A DNA stretch of 54,975 nucleotides from Candidatus Micrarchaeota archaeon (GCA_027345565.1 DAHWIF010000002.1:1-54975), one strand, 5' to 3'; counted from the stretch's first letter, positions 37,545 through 48,241 are shown. Made by a program: numbers and translations. Notes: a model not told the origin generated them from the letters alone.

Positions 37545-38402
37545 TTGATAAGATTGGGCTTCCACCTCTCTGTCGCTGGAGGCGTGCATAACTCAGCTTC
37601 GGCCGCAGAGGAGCACCGCTACGGGGCATTCCAGATATTTACCAGCAACCCCAGGGCGTGGGAGCACCGCGCGATAGCAGATGATGATGCCGATCAGTTC
37701 AGAAAAATCGTAAAGCGGTCAGGTTCCATCCCGTTCGCACACGTGCCGTACCTGTGTAACCCTTCCTCATCAAGCGGAGAGATACTGAAGAAAAGCCTTG
37801 AGATGCTTATCGGTAACATGCGAAGCTGTGCGCAGCTTGGAATAGATTGCATAGTGGTGCACATGGGGTCACACCTAGGCAAAGGAGAGGAGCATGGCAG
37901 GAAGATGCTAATCAGGACGGTAAGCAGCGCGGTCGACAAGGCGCCGGGAGTGAAAGTGCTGCTGGAGAACTCATCCGGGTATCGGAACAGCGTCGGATCG
38001 AGGTTCGAAGAGATAGGCAAAGTGACGGATGAGTTCGATAGCAAGAGTGTAGGTGTCTGCCTAGACACCTGCCACGCATTCGCAGCAGGCTACGACCTGC
38101 GCACGAAGGAGAGCATAGAGAAGGTGTGCGATGAATTCGATGACCTTATAGGGTTCAAGAGGCTCTCGCTTGTCCACCTGAACGATGCGAGATATGGGCT
38201 TGGCAGCGGCCTAGACAGGCACTGGCACATAGGCCAAGGCAGCATAGGAAAGGCCGGATTCACGGAGCTTTTCAGGAACAGGCACTTCCACAGCGGGTCG
38301 TTCATAATGGAAACGCCGGTAAACGAACATGGCAACGAGGATACCAACATGAGAGCAGCAACGCAGATAGTTGGAAGCCTCGGCCTCGAGCTGTTCCGGT
38401 AG
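37545..38402 (+). CDS. nfo: Endonuclease IV
   Basis: GFHLSVAGG, FQIFTSNPR, HVPYLCN, HMGSH, LEN, CLDTCHAFAAGYD, HLND, DRHWHIGQG, METP. TTG start uncertain. Confidence 0.95.
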   Translation: MIRLGFHLSVAGGVHNSASAAEEHRYGAFQIFTSNPRAWEHRAIADDDADQFRKIVKRSGSIPFAHVPYLCNPSSSSGEILKKSLEMLIGNMRSCAQLGIDCIVVHMGSHLGKGEEHGRKMLIRTVSSAVDKAPGVKVLLENSSGYRNSVGSRFEEIGKVTDEFDSKSVGVCLDTCHAFAAGYDLRTKESIEKVCDEFDDLIGFKRLSLVHLNDARYGLGSGLDRHWHIGQGSIGKAGFTELFRNRHFHSGSFIMETPVNEHGNEDTNMRAATQIVGSLGLELFR

Positions 38403-38469
38403 GCGTAGCCCACGATTCGCCAAACAGCATATCTATTAATACATTTTGAGCGATAGGCTAGCGGTTGCG

Positions 38470-39759
38470 ATGAAAAGAACCCATTATGTATCTGAGCTCG
38501 GCGTCCAGATGGACGGCAAGGAGGTCGTCTTGGCGGGGTGGGCCCACGAGATAAGGGATACGGCAAAGATAACGTTCCTGCTGCTTCGTGACAGCACCGG
38601 CATAGTCCAGGTTGTCGGGAAGAAAGCAGAGGTCGCAGACGCGATAATCAAGGCGATGTCTGTGCCTAAAGAGAGCGTCCTGCTTGTCAAGGGGATTGTC
38701 AAAGCCAACAAGGAGGCCAAGAAGGGTTTCGAAATAGTGCCCAAAGAGGTGGAAAACCTCAATCCGCTCACCACGCAGATACCGTTCGAGGTCACCGGCA
38801 AAGTACCGGCTGATATAGATGTGCGATTGAACTACAGGTATATAGACTTAAGGAGGGCTCACACATCCTCGATATTCAAGATAGAGTCCACAGTGCTCAA
38901 TACCTTCGATTCCTTTTTCGCATCAAAGGGATTCGTCCAGATAAGGACACCAACGATAATATCGGAGGCGAGCGAAGGCGGCGCGGACCTCTTCAAGGTG
39001 GAGTATTTCGAAAGGCCCGCTTACCTTGCGCAGTCACCGCAGCTGTACAAGCAGCTAGCCATAATAGGCGGGCTTGACAAGGTGTTCATGGTCGTGCCCG
39101 TTTTCCGTGCAGAAAAGTCCAACACGGTGTATCACCTTACCGAGATAACGCAGATGGACGTAGAGCTGGCGTTCGTTGACGCTGATGGAGCGATAAAATA
39201 CCTCACCGACTCGTTTACCGCGATGCTAAAGGCTGTTAAGGAGAACAACTCCGCGGAGCTGGAGTCGCTAGGGATTAAGCTTGGCATACCGAAGGTTACG
39301 ACCGTCACATACACCGATGCGATAAAGAAGCTCAAGTCGAAAGGCTATGAGATAGAGTTCGGCCACGATTTCTCAAAGGAGCACGAGAAGGGAATCAGCG
39401 AAGTATTTGGCGATGCTGTAATAGTGAAGGACTACCCTGCGTCTGTCCGCGCTTTTTACTCAATGCCAAAGGAAGGGAACCCTGAGCTGACCGAAAGCTT
39501 CGACCTTATCTATAAAGGATTCGAGATATCGAGCGGCGCGAAAAGGATACATCTGCCTGACCTGCTGCTGAAATCTCTCTCAAGAAAAGGGATGGATGCG
39601 AAGGACTTCGAGTTCTATATAAATGCGTTCAGGTGCGGGGCTCCGCCGCACGCCGGCTGGAGCATAGGACTAGAGCGGTTCGTGATGTGCATCACTGATT
39701 CAAGCAACATAAGGGAAGCGGCGCTCTTCCCTAGAGACAGGAAAAGGATAACACCTTAG
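38470..39759 (+). CDS. aspS: Aspartate--tRNA ligase (archaeal type)
   Basis: MKRTHY, RLNYRYIDLR, AYLAQSPQLYKQ, FRAEKS, EISSGAKRIH, PPHAGWSIGLER, LFPRD. Confidence 0.95.
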   Translation: MKRTHYVSELGVQMDGKEVVLAGWAHEIRDTAKITFLLLRDSTGIVQVVGKKAEVADAIIKAMSVPKESVLLVKGIVKANKEAKKGFEIVPKEVENLNPLTTQIPFEVTGKVPADIDVRLNYRYIDLRRAHTSSIFKIESTVLNTFDSFFASKGFVQIRTPTIISEASEGGADLFKVEYFERPAYLAQSPQLYKQLAIIGGLDKVFMVVPVFRAEKSNTVYHLTEITQMDVELAFVDADGAIKYLTDSFTAMLKAVKENNSAELESLGIKLGIPKVTTVTYTDAIKKLKSKGYEIEFGHDFSKEHEKGISEVFGDAVIVKDYPASVRAFYSMPKEGNPELTESFDLIYKGFEISSGAKRIHLPDLLLKSLSRKGMDAKDFEFYINAFRCGAPPHAGWSIGLERFVMCITDSSNIREAALFPRDRKRITP

Positions 39760-39773
39760 CATTTCAGCTTTGA

Positions 39774-41072
39774 TTACGGCTTCGTCCTATTCATCATCCT
39801 TGGGAACGGTATCGCATCGCGTATGTGATCGAGGTTTAGCATCCACTTTATTACGCGCTCCATACCAACGCCGAACCCGGCATGCGGCACAGAGCCGTAC
39901 CTCCTCAGGTCTATATACCAGTTGTAGTTATCCATTTTAAGCCCGAACTCCTTCATCCGTTCTGTCAGCTCCTCAAGCTTCCAGATCCTTTCGCTCCCTC
40001 CAATTATCTCACCGTGCCCCCTAGGTGCGAGCATGTCAGCGCATGCAACTGTCCTCCCATCCTTATTGACCGGCATGTAGAACGCCTTTATCTCCTTCGG
40101 CCAGTTGTATACGAAGATTGGTTTCTCCTCGTCCTCAGTTAGCAGCCTCTCCTCCTCAACGCCGAAGTCGTCGCCCCACTTCTTCGGGGACCCCTTCTGG
40201 TTCAGCAGTTCGATCGCCTTTTCATAGGTTATCCTCTTGAATGGCGGCCTTATCTTCATCAGGTCATCCTTCTTCACGCCAAAGAAGTCCAATATATCCT
40301 CATGATTCTTCGCGAGGCTCGTGGCGATGTAGCTTATCAGCTGCTCCTGGAGCCGCATGCTCTTCGCGTTGTTGAAGTATGCCATCTCTGGCTCAAGGTG
40401 CCAGTATTCGGCAAGGTGCTTCGTGGTTCTCGACTTCTCTGCCCTGTATGAGGGCGCAAACGAATAGACCTTCTCGAGCGCATATATCATCGCCTCCGAG
40501 TAAAGCTGTGACGACTCTGTAAGGTAAACCTTCTGGTCGAAGTACTGCACCTCGAAAAGGTCCGCGCCGGTTTCGCCGCCAGACACGGTAAGAAGCGGCG
40601 GTGTTATCTCATAGAAACCCTTCCTGTCAAGGAACCTTCTTGCGCAATTGAATATGTAAGCCCTAGCCCTCATCGAGTTTATCATCCTCTGGCTCCTCAA
40701 CCAGAGGTGCCTCACGTCAAGCAGGAACTCTGGGCTCTGGTATTCCGTTATAGGGAACTGCTCCCCGCTGTGCACCACGGTCAATCCTTCTACGCTAAGC
40801 TCCACGCCTCCTGGAGCGCGTTCGTCCTTGTGCGGCACGCCTTTTATGATGACGCTAGACTCCAGATAAGCCGAATCTATCGCGTCCCACTCTTTGTCGC
40901 TTATCTTGCTCTTGTCTATGACGCACTGCACCACCCCGCTCACATCTCTGATTACGGTGAAAATCTTTCCGCCGCTGCTTCTCTTCCTGTGGATCCATCC
41001 TCTTATCGTGATGTTCTTGCCTATGCTGGCGCCTGCCTTGTCTATCGGCACCACCTTTGCGGAAAGCTTCAT
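39774..41072 (-). CDS. asnS: Asparagine--tRNA ligase
   Basis: RHLWLRS, YLTESSQLYSE, YRAEKSRTTKHLAEYWHLEPE, GEIIGGSER, WYIDLRRYGSVPHAGFG. Confidence 0.95.
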   Translation of the reverse strand: MKLSAKVVPIDKAGASIGKNITIRGWIHRKRSSGGKIFTVIRDVSGVVQCVIDKSKISDKEWDAIDSAYLESSVIIKGVPHKDERAPGGVELSVEGLTVVHSGEQFPITEYQSPEFLLDVRHLWLRSQRMINSMRARAYIFNCARRFLDRKGFYEITPPLLTVSGGETGADLFEVQYFDQKVYLTESSQLYSEAMIYALEKVYSFAPSYRAEKSRTTKHLAEYWHLEPEMAYFNNAKSMRLQEQLISYIATSLAKNHEDILDFFGVKKDDLMKIRPPFKRITYEKAIELLNQKGSPKKWGDDFGVEEERLLTEDEEKPIFVYNWPKEIKAFYMPVNKDGRTVACADMLAPRGHGEIIGGSERIWKLEELTERMKEFGLKMDNYNWYIDLRRYGSVPHAGFGVGMERVIKWMLNLDHIRDAIPFPRMMNRTKP

Positions 41073-41119
41073 AGAACCGAGATACCCTGGAATGCAAAGC
41101 TTTTATTTATTCCCTGCAG

Positions 41120-42946
41120 TCAGATCGCCGCTATCACCGCGGCCGCAACTATAAATCCCGATATGATTATTATCGGGCTCAGCACTCTAGCCCTGTCTAT
41201 GACAGCTTTTGTAATGTCGAGCATCATGTCACCGACTTCCGGCCCCCATACCGCGAACTTCCTCATTATGACCCTCTTGTGGTACAGCTTTACGGGGCCG
41301 AGGTCCCTGAGTGCAGCTACAACCGCCTTGTCTATGAGCGGCGCGAGCGCCTTGAACTTCGTGTACCTGCCCAGCACATTCTCTGCAGTGTACTCTATCG
41401 AGTTAACCGAGTGGGTGTCTGTCGTGTATACCTCGGCCTTTATCCCGTGCTTCCTCCTAATGTGCGTGATTATCTCGTTCCTGAGGGATGGAAGCATATT
41501 GTTGGAGTTGAAGTGAAGCATGGCGTACTTGAACCTGCCGAACTGGAATACCGCGACCATCATGCAGCCCCCGCCTAGGTCCTTCGGCCCTCCAAGCTCA
41601 GAGTACAGGTCAATGCTGCCTATCCCTATGGTATTGGACCGCGAGCTGTGAAGCTCCTTCACCGAGGCTATCGCCCTTATGTAATCCTTCATGGCTGCAG
41701 AATCGAACCTGACGCCATCGAGTTCCTTCTTCGGCGCGCTCTCGTATCTGGAATTGTGTGCGTCTATGATCACCGATTCGCCGAACCTGCTGTTCAGCGT
41801 CTTCCTGAACAGCGTTGCCGCGTCATAAGCTATGTCTTCGGTTACGCGCGGCGCCCTCGTGAACGTCACCATGGACCAGCCGCCGAAAGAGAGCTTCGTC
41901 ACCGCCGAGCTGCCAGAGCGCCCCTCCGAGTAGCTCATGCCATTCCGAAGCGGCGACGCCGATTCTGCTCCTTCATCCAACGCAGCCCTTACCGCGCCTA
42001 TCTGCCTAGATGATATCGGGTTCCTATCCGCTGTCACAGCCGGGTGCATTATGAACGCGTTCGTTTTGTATCTAACCTTGACGTGCCTCTCAAGTATGTG
42101 CGGGAAGTTGCTTGCGCCGAGGCTGCCAGCGGGGCCGTAGTGTATCTCCGGTATGAAGAAGAGAGCTTTTATCCGTTTGCCGCTTTTGACCAGCAGGGTA
42201 TCCGTCTCAACATCAGGCCTTATGCCCAGCTTTGTGCTGAACGGAGGGGCTATGTTTATGTTGAAAAGCCAGTTCTGCAGCATGCTGGAGAACACGTCTA
42301 TGCCCCCCATGCCAAGGTTCTTCTTCAATGGCCTGTCGAACATGTAGAGGAGCAGGTAGCTGACTATCACGAATATGAAAATGCCAGCGTAGAGCTTGAG
42401 CAGGAGTATGCTTAGCGGCCTGTCGAGCGCGAAGATGAACCTGCTCGCGACGACGAAAAGTATTATGTTCAGGGTAGGCTGCGCCACGGCGAACAGCACA
42501 GCCCTCCTCTTGAACCCAAGGACCACCTTGTTAATGAAGAACCACCAGCCGAATATGCTTGCATCGCCGACTATCACGGCTATGGTCGCCGCAGGCGGCC
42601 CGAACACTATGTGGAGCACGCTGCCGAGCAGGAAAAAGACCGCGTACGACACTGCGCCGACCAGCGCTATGAAAAGAACATGCTTAACCCGTACGCGCGT
42701 ATGGACGGCCTTTATAACCACCACGGTAAGCACTGTGGGGAGCAGTATCGCTATGCTGCCCGCAAGCGTGCCGTTCAGCAATATGGTCGGCAGTATGCCC
42801 CTGATCAACAGCCTGTAGTGCAGCAGCGCAACAGAGGTCCACCCGACCACTAGGCTCAGAAGCACGAGGGCCCCGAAGAGCGGAGCAGTGCCCGGCAGCC
42901 TTTTTGAGAATATGTCAGAATACCTAGATACGTTCTTTTCAACCAT
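41120..42946 (-). CDS. DUF2070 family membrane protein
   Basis: N-terminal TM bundle, PEIHYGP, DAHNS, NSNNM, TTDTHSVN; adjacent to uppS as in many archaea. Confidence 0.85.
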   Translation of the reverse strand: MVEKNVSRYSDIFSKRLPGTAPLFGALVLLSLVVGWTSVALLHYRLLIRGILPTILLNGTLAGSIAILLPTVLTVVVIKAVHTRVRVKHVLFIALVGAVSYAVFFLLGSVLHIVFGPPAATIAVIVGDASIFGWWFFINKVVLGFKRRAVLFAVAQPTLNIILFVVASRFIFALDRPLSILLLKLYAGIFIFVIVSYLLLYMFDRPLKKNLGMGGIDVFSSMLQNWLFNINIAPPFSTKLGIRPDVETDTLLVKSGKRIKALFFIPEIHYGPAGSLGASNFPHILERHVKVRYKTNAFIMHPAVTADRNPISSRQIGAVRAALDEGAESASPLRNGMSYSEGRSGSSAVTKLSFGGWSMVTFTRAPRVTEDIAYDAATLFRKTLNSRFGESVIIDAHNSRYESAPKKELDGVRFDSAAMKDYIRAIASVKELHSSRSNTIGIGSIDLYSELGGPKDLGGGCMMVAVFQFGRFKYAMLHFNSNNMLPSLRNEIITHIRRKHGIKAEVYTTDTHSVNSIEYTAENVLGRYTKFKALAPLIDKAVVAALRDLGPVKLYHKRVIMRKFAVWGPEVGDMMLDITKAVIDRARVLSPIIIISGFIVAAAVIAAI

Positions 42947-42961
42947 CAAAACACGGCTTGC

Positions 42962-43669
42962 TTACCTGCCGAACCTCCTTTGTCTCTTTTTGAATGTCTC
43001 TATCGCCCTCTTCAGGTCGCCCTTCCCGAAATCGGGCCAGTTCTTTCTTGCGAAGTAAAGCTCCGAGTAGTTGGATTGCCATGGCAGGAGGCCTGAGAGC
43101 CTGCGCTCACCTGACGTCCTTATTATAAGGTCTACGTCCGGCACATTTGCCGTCATAAGGTTTGAGCGTATCGAATCTGCATTCGCCCTTGCGCCGCTTG
43201 CTGCCACGCTCTTTACCGCATATTCTATGTCGTCCCTGCCGCTGTAGCTCACAAGCAGGTTTATCGAAAGGTCTTTGTACATCTTAGTCTTCCTCTCCAC
43301 CCTCTTCAGCGCCTCCCTCAGCTTGGTCGGCAGCAGGGATAGATTGCCTATTATCCTTACATTGGCTCGGTTCTCCTGCAGCAGCTTCAGTATACTGCTG
43401 TCGTTTGCAGCTTTCGTGTACAGCCTATAAAGTAGGCTCAGCTCGCCACTGCTCCTCTGCTTCACGTTCTCTGTGGATAGCGCCCAAACTGATACGGTTT
43501 TCACCCCTTGCCTCTTCGCACACATGCAGACGTCTATTATCTTGTTTATGCCTGCGCCGTAGCCCTTCGCCAGGTTCAGCCTGTTTGTCCTGGCCCACCT
43601 CCTGTTGCCATCCGGTATTATGGCTATGTGCAGTGGGACGCCGCTACCGCACTTGCTCTTCTTCGCCAT
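42962..43669 (-). CDS. uppS: cis-prenyltransferase (polyprenyl diphosphate synthase)
   Basis: HIAIIPDGNRRWA, ALSTEN, YSGRDDI, DLIIRTSGERRLSG, WPDF, RQRRFG. Confidence 0.96.
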   Translation of the reverse strand: MAKKSKCGSGVPLHIAIIPDGNRRWARTNRLNLAKGYGAGINKIIDVCMCAKRQGVKTVSVWALSTENVKQRSSGELSLLYRLYTKAANDSSILKLLQENRANVRIIGNLSLLPTKLREALKRVERKTKMYKDLSINLLVSYSGRDDIEYAVKSVAASGARANADSIRSNLMTANVPDVDLIIRTSGERRLSGLLPWQSNYSELYFARKNWPDFGKGDLKRAIETFKKRQRRFGR

Positions 43670-43763
43670 TTTAATCACATAGTTGGGACCGGCATGCCAG
43701 CCTGCCCTTTACGCACATACAATTATAAAAATACAAGACATAAAGTTATAAAGGTAATCTTTC

Positions 43764-44987
43764 ATGCCTGATTTTGATTCGACCTACGTCGACAGCATAA
43801 ATTGCATAGTCGGCAACTCCGAGCAGATAGCCTATCTTGAGAGGTTCGCATCGGACGTCGATAGGGGGGTACGACGCAAGCCCATCCTGATATACGGGCC
43901 TTCAGGCACTGGCAAGACGGCGACTGCCCACATGCTCGCAGCAGAGCACGGTTGGAATGTTGTGGAGATGAGCGCAAGCGACTACCGCGATGCCGAATCG
44001 ATAGTGAGGATGCTGTATGTATCGTCGAACACAAGGAGCCTGTTCGGCAGGACAAACCTGCTGCTCCTCGATGAGGTAGATGAGCTGTCTGGCAAGCATG
44101 ACAATGGCGCCGCAGGCGCGATAAACAAGCTGATAGGCGAGTCGAAGAGCCCGATAATACTGATAGCCAATGACATGTGGGACAGGAAGATAGCATTCCT
44201 AAGGGGAAAGACCGACAACGTGTGGTTCAAGAGGCTGCGCAACGACGAGGTTGCGGCAGTGCTCAGCAACGCGGCCAATAAGATAGGGGCAGACATAAGT
44301 CCAAATGTGATAGATGGCATAGCTCGCAGGGCGGCCGGAGATGCCAGGAGCGCGCTGAACGACATGATAGTCATGGTAGGGTCTAATGACGAGATGCTGG
44401 AATCGATAGGAATGCGCGATAGGAAGTCTGACATCTTCTCAGTGCTCGACAAGATATTCCAATCTAATACGATGGCCGTGCCGCTAAAGGCGATGGCGTC
44501 CTCAGACGTGGACAACGAGATGCTGATTAAATGGATAGATGAGAACCTGCCGCACAGGTACCTGCAAAAGGAGGACCTGCACGACGCGTACAGAATGCTC
44601 GCGATGGCGACCAGCTTTCATTCGAGGGCATCAAGGAGCCAGTACTATACGTACTGGCGCTACATGAACGTGATGATGTCCAGCGGCGTCGCGCTGTCGA
44701 AGAGCAGCTACCCTGACAGCAGAAGGAGATATTCATTTCCAAAGGTCATATCGTCGCTCAGCGGCACGAAGGAATCAAGGGGATTGCAGACAGAGTTGGC
44801 TAAGAAGCTGCAGAAAAAGGTGCACATGAGCATCAACGAGATAAAATCGAGCATACTCCCGCTGCTATCCGAGTCGGCCAAGCTGGCGGCGCAGCGAGAT
44901 GGCGATGAGCCGGTCTACGATTTTTTTGCAAGCAGGTTCGATATGACCGAAAAGGAAGTCAAGGCCATCATTGCGATCAGAGGCTAG
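43764..44987 (+). CDS. rfcL: Replication factor C large subunit
   Basis: GPSGTGKT, EMSASDYR, LLDEVD, ILIAND, GDARSALND, WIDENL, YWRY. Confidence 0.93.
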   Translation: MPDFDSTYVDSINCIVGNSEQIAYLERFASDVDRGVRRKPILIYGPSGTGKTATAHMLAAEHGWNVVEMSASDYRDAESIVRMLYVSSNTRSLFGRTNLLLLDEVDELSGKHDNGAAGAINKLIGESKSPIILIANDMWDRKIAFLRGKTDNVWFKRLRNDEVAAVLSNAANKIGADISPNVIDGIARRAAGDARSALNDMIVMVGSNDEMLESIGMRDRKSDIFSVLDKIFQSNTMAVPLKAMASSDVDNEMLIKWIDENLPHRYLQKEDLHDAYRMLAMATSFHSRASRSQYYTYWRYMNVMMSSGVALSKSSYPDSRRRYSFPKVISSLSGTKESRGLQTELAKKLQKKVHMSINEIKSSILPLLSESAKLAAQRDGDEPVYDFFASRFDMTEKEVKAIIAIRG

Positions 44988-46386
44988 CACCTATCTTCCT
45001 TAGCACGGTGTTGACAACGCCTTTGATATGCGACTTGTCCACGCGTATGCTCGCAGCCTCATTGTGCCCTCCTCCAGAAACCTCGTAATCCGACGATTTG
45101 GCAATCTCGTCTATCATCTTGAGTATGCCCACCTCCTTCGATATGGCTTTCGATATGCGCAGTGTTATGTAGCCCCCATAATGCATCAGCGTAATGGTGC
45201 GCTCCCCGTTTATTGACTCTAGCCTCTCCTGGAGCCTTGAGCTGTACCTGCCAGGCAGTGGGTACCCGGTATCGCTTTTCGGCAGCGCCTCGAACTCGAG
45301 CACGAATGCCGTTATTCCGTCTTTACACCTGTATGGTTTTACACTTTTCACTCCTAGGTCAAGCATCTCGTTCATCGTATTTGACGCGGTGTAGAATATC
45401 TCGTCAGACTTCTCCTTATTGGACAGCACAGACTCTATATATGCGGGTGTCAACCGCGATATGCTCGAATCCGACCTCCCGGCCACATTTGTTAGGTAGT
45501 CGAGTATCACCGCCATCCTCATGGCGTTATCGTCGGATCTGTCTGCGAAAGCGCTGAAATCGCTTATGAGCGACGCGCTCTTCATGTCATCTGTGCCGAC
45601 GTCGCACAAAGTCTCTGCGAAAAATGATGTCAATAGGCCGGCTGTGAAGTTTGTGTCCGATCCGTAGTCCCATGGGTTTATGTACAGGACAGAGTCCTTC
45701 GGGAACGACGCGTATGGCGGATGGTGGTCGAGCATTATCACTGTGGCCTTGCCTGATGCCTCTCCAAGCTGCTGCACGCTGCCCGGCGCTGTGCCGAAGT
45801 CGCTTATCAGTATGACCGGCCTGAACGAGCTCTCATAATTTTTCAGCTCCAGCGTATCTGCGTAGAAGGATTCCCTATCATAATCCACCCCCCTGTGCAT
45901 AACCCACGATACGCCGCGCTGCCCCACAAAAAGCTTCTCAGAGATGCGCAAGAGCGCCCTGTAAAGTGAAACGGCGCCGCTCGATCCGTCACCATCGTGG
46001 TGGAACCTTACTATGATTGGGGCGCCTGACAGATACGCGCTAGCCAGCGAGAGCGCCGCCCCCTCAAGCGCCCCGGCCATCCTATACAGAGCACCGCCGT
46101 AATCCCTTTCTTTATACTTCCCTGCAACCTTATTCGCGTTGTGCCCTATCCCCAGCTCATCCACAAGCCTGCCCAGCGTCTTTTCGGAGTCGTCGCTTGA
46201 CGCCTTCCCGACAACTTCAACAGAGGTTATCGTGCGATCCTCGAGCACCACGTCCACAATATCGTTTACCTCCATCAGCAATGCGCTCTTGGCCGAAATG
46301 GCCTTTGTTGAGACTATCGTGTACAGGCTGTCCCGCGGGTCTGTAGACCTCTTAACCGACGTTACGATTCCTCTATAATTCTGCAT
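44977..46386 (-). CDS. RecJ-like DHH/DHHA1 phosphoesterase
   Basis: HHDGDG, SDFG, LDHH, YINP, GGGHNEAAS. Confidence 0.85.
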   Translation of the reverse strand: MQNYRGIVTSVKRSTDPRDSLYTIVSTKAISAKSALLMEVNDIVDVVLEDRTITSVEVVGKASSDDSEKTLGRLVDELGIGHNANKVAGKYKERDYGGALYRMAGALEGAALSLASAYLSGAPIIVRFHHDGDGSSGAVSLYRALLRISEKLFVGQRGVSWVMHRGVDYDRESFYADTLELKNYESSFRPVILISDFGTAPGSVQQLGEASGKATVIMLDHHPPYASFPKDSVLYINPWDYGSDTNFTAGLLTSFFAETLCDVGTDDMKSASLISDFSAFADRSDDNAMRMAVILDYLTNVAGRSDSSISRLTPAYIESVLSNKEKSDEIFYTASNTMNEMLDLGVKSVKPYRCKDGITAFVLEFEALPKSDTGYPLPGRYSSRLQERLESINGERTITLMHYGGYITLRISKAISKEVGILKMIDEIAKSSDYEVSGGGHNEAASIRVDKSHIKGVVNTVLRKIGASL

Positions 46387-46396
46387 CAAAAAGCAA

Positions 46397-47482
46397 CTAC
46401 GTTGTCGTGTTTCCTGGTATAAGGCAGTCGGACATCAGGGTTGAGTTCTGTATGTAGCTGCAGTACGAGCTGTCGTTGTACGTCCTAGCCAATGAAGTGT
46501 AGCATGCTGATTGGTAGATACCAGATGATATGAGGCCGCATACCGATACATTCCTTTGCTTTACCGCTATGTATGAGTAGAGGGAATCCGAACATAGGCT
46601 TTGCACAGACGCAGGCGCATCGCTGCACAGGGCCGTCACGTTCTGCAGCGTTATTGCGTTTGATGCACCTGTAGTATAGCTGCTGCTGGTGGATAGCGTG
46701 GCATTGCACTGCGCGCTGAGCTTAGAGCCGGCCAAGCTGCAGATCGCGCTGTTGCGGCCGAGCAGCGCGACGTTGTAGTAGCAGTACTGCATCGGCGTCG
46801 TAGCGTTCAGGTATGGCAGCGTTGCCGAAGCGTTGCTCACCCCAATCACGCGTGCGCTTGCTCCCGCCATGTACGATACGAGAGTGGAGTTGAGCGCAGA
46901 CGGCAGGTCTGCGCAATAGCTTGCATTCCTGGATTTCAGTGCCTCCTCATAATAGCTCTTCGCGTCGCACTCGCCCCTCAGGCTGGAATTAGTTATGTAG
47001 CCGCACTCCGAGACGCTGCTGAAGTTGCTTGCCTCGGCGATAGTGTAAACGCAGCTTGAGAGGTAGGGTTCGGATAACGACAGGCAGTACGATGCAGTGT
47101 GGGATGACATCCCCGTAGATATTACGCATTGCGCATAGAACGATCCGTTGTAAGACAGGCTGCTGCAAAGGCTCGGGTTGCCGGAAGCGAGCGCTATCCC
47201 GGATACGCACTCTTCAGACTGCGAGCCGTGCAGGTAGCTGCATATCGATACGTTCCCTGTCGCGTTCGCGAGCCCGAGCAGGCAAGCGGACCTCTGCTGC
47301 GAGACTATTATCCTGCTGCACCTGCTCAGCGGTGTGCCTGCCGAAGCGGCAACGAGCACCACTACGGCTATGATCACAAGCGCAATGGCTATCACAGCCA
47401 GGATTATAAGGCGTTCCCTCTGCGTCATCTCTATCTTGACGTTTTTTGGCTGGGCAGTCCAGCTCTTATTGAAGGGCCACAT
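46397..47482 (-). CDS. Membrane-anchored Cys-rich repeat protein
   Basis: Single N-terminal TM followed by about 10 Cys-paired units (mostly C-x10-12-C); many N-x-S/T sequons. Confidence 0.75.
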   Translation of the reverse strand: MWPFNKSWTAQPKNVKIEMTQRERLIILAVIAIALVIIAVVVLVAASAGTPLSRCSRIIVSQQRSACLLGLANATGNVSICSYLHGSQSEECVSGIALASGNPSLCSSLSYNGSFYAQCVISTGMSSHTASYCLSLSEPYLSSCVYTIAEASNFSSVSECGYITNSSLRGECDAKSYYEEALKSRNASYCADLPSALNSTLVSYMAGASARVIGVSNASATLPYLNATTPMQYCYYNVALLGRNSAICSLAGSKLSAQCNATLSTSSSYTTGASNAITLQNVTALCSDAPASVQSLCSDSLYSYIAVKQRNVSVCGLISSGIYQSACYTSLARTYNDSSYCSYIQNSTLMSDCLIPGNTTT

Positions 47483-47497
47483 GCAAGCACCCAATTT

Positions 47498-48241
47498 TCA
47501 CATATCGCTTATCGAAAAGACTTTGAAGCCCTTGTTTGTTATCTCGTACGGCGAGAACGAGAGGCTGTGGTTCGAGCCGCGCATCTTGATTACCTCTAGG
47601 TTGAACGTCCTCTTGTTCTCCTCAATCCCCTGATACATCACTATCGTGCCGTCGAATATGAAGAATTCCGGGCTGAACTCGAGCGAGTCCCTATCGGAGT
47701 ACGGCAGCTCTATAGTAAGGAAGCTGTTCACCCCGAGCTTCCTGAGGTTCAAAGAGAGCATTAGCATGTACTTCCTGTAGAGCGCCTTGTTGTCGAACAT
47801 CAGCTTTATCAGCGATAGCGAGTCTATCGCTACGCATTTCGCGTTGTTCGACCTTATTATGCTTTCAATGCTTGATACCACATTCCCGAATGAGTATGAC
47901 TCCGAGTCGCTCCCCACGTCGACTTTCGGAGTAACCTCCTCGCCTCCTATCGTCAGCGAGTTATTAGCCACGAGATCATCTATGTCGGAAAGGTCTGGAA
48001 ATGCGCGCTTGAAGTTCTGGATCACCACGTTCTCCTGCTCTTCGAGCGATACAAAAGCTCCGGGAACCCCTTTTTTCGCGTTGTTGTAAAGGATCTCAAG
48101 GGAGAGCAGCGTCTTTCCTGCGCCAGGCCCTCCAGCTATGATAACCTGGTTGCCTGCAGGGATGCCGCCATAGAGCAGGATGTCAAGCCCATCGATTCCA
48201 GTCGCTACCCTCTCGTTCCCAACTGGAGATGCCATCGCCAT
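47498..48241 (-). CDS. KaiC/RAD55-like single-domain ATPase
   Basis: TGIDGLDILLYGGIP, GGPGAGKT, SLEE, IDSLS, FDG, LEVIKMRGSNH. Confidence 0.9.
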   Translation of the reverse strand: MAMASPVGNERVATGIDGLDILLYGGIPAGNQVIIAGGPGAGKTLLSLEILYNNAKKGVPGAFVSLEEQENVVIQNFKRAFPDLSDIDDLVANNSLTIGGEEVTPKVDVGSDSESYSFGNVVSSIESIIRSNNAKCVAIDSLSLIKLMFDNKALYRKYMLMLSLNLRKLGVNSFLTIELPYSDRDSLEFSPEFFIFDGTIVMYQGIEENKRTFNLEVIKMRGSNHSLSFSPYEITNKGFKVFSISDM

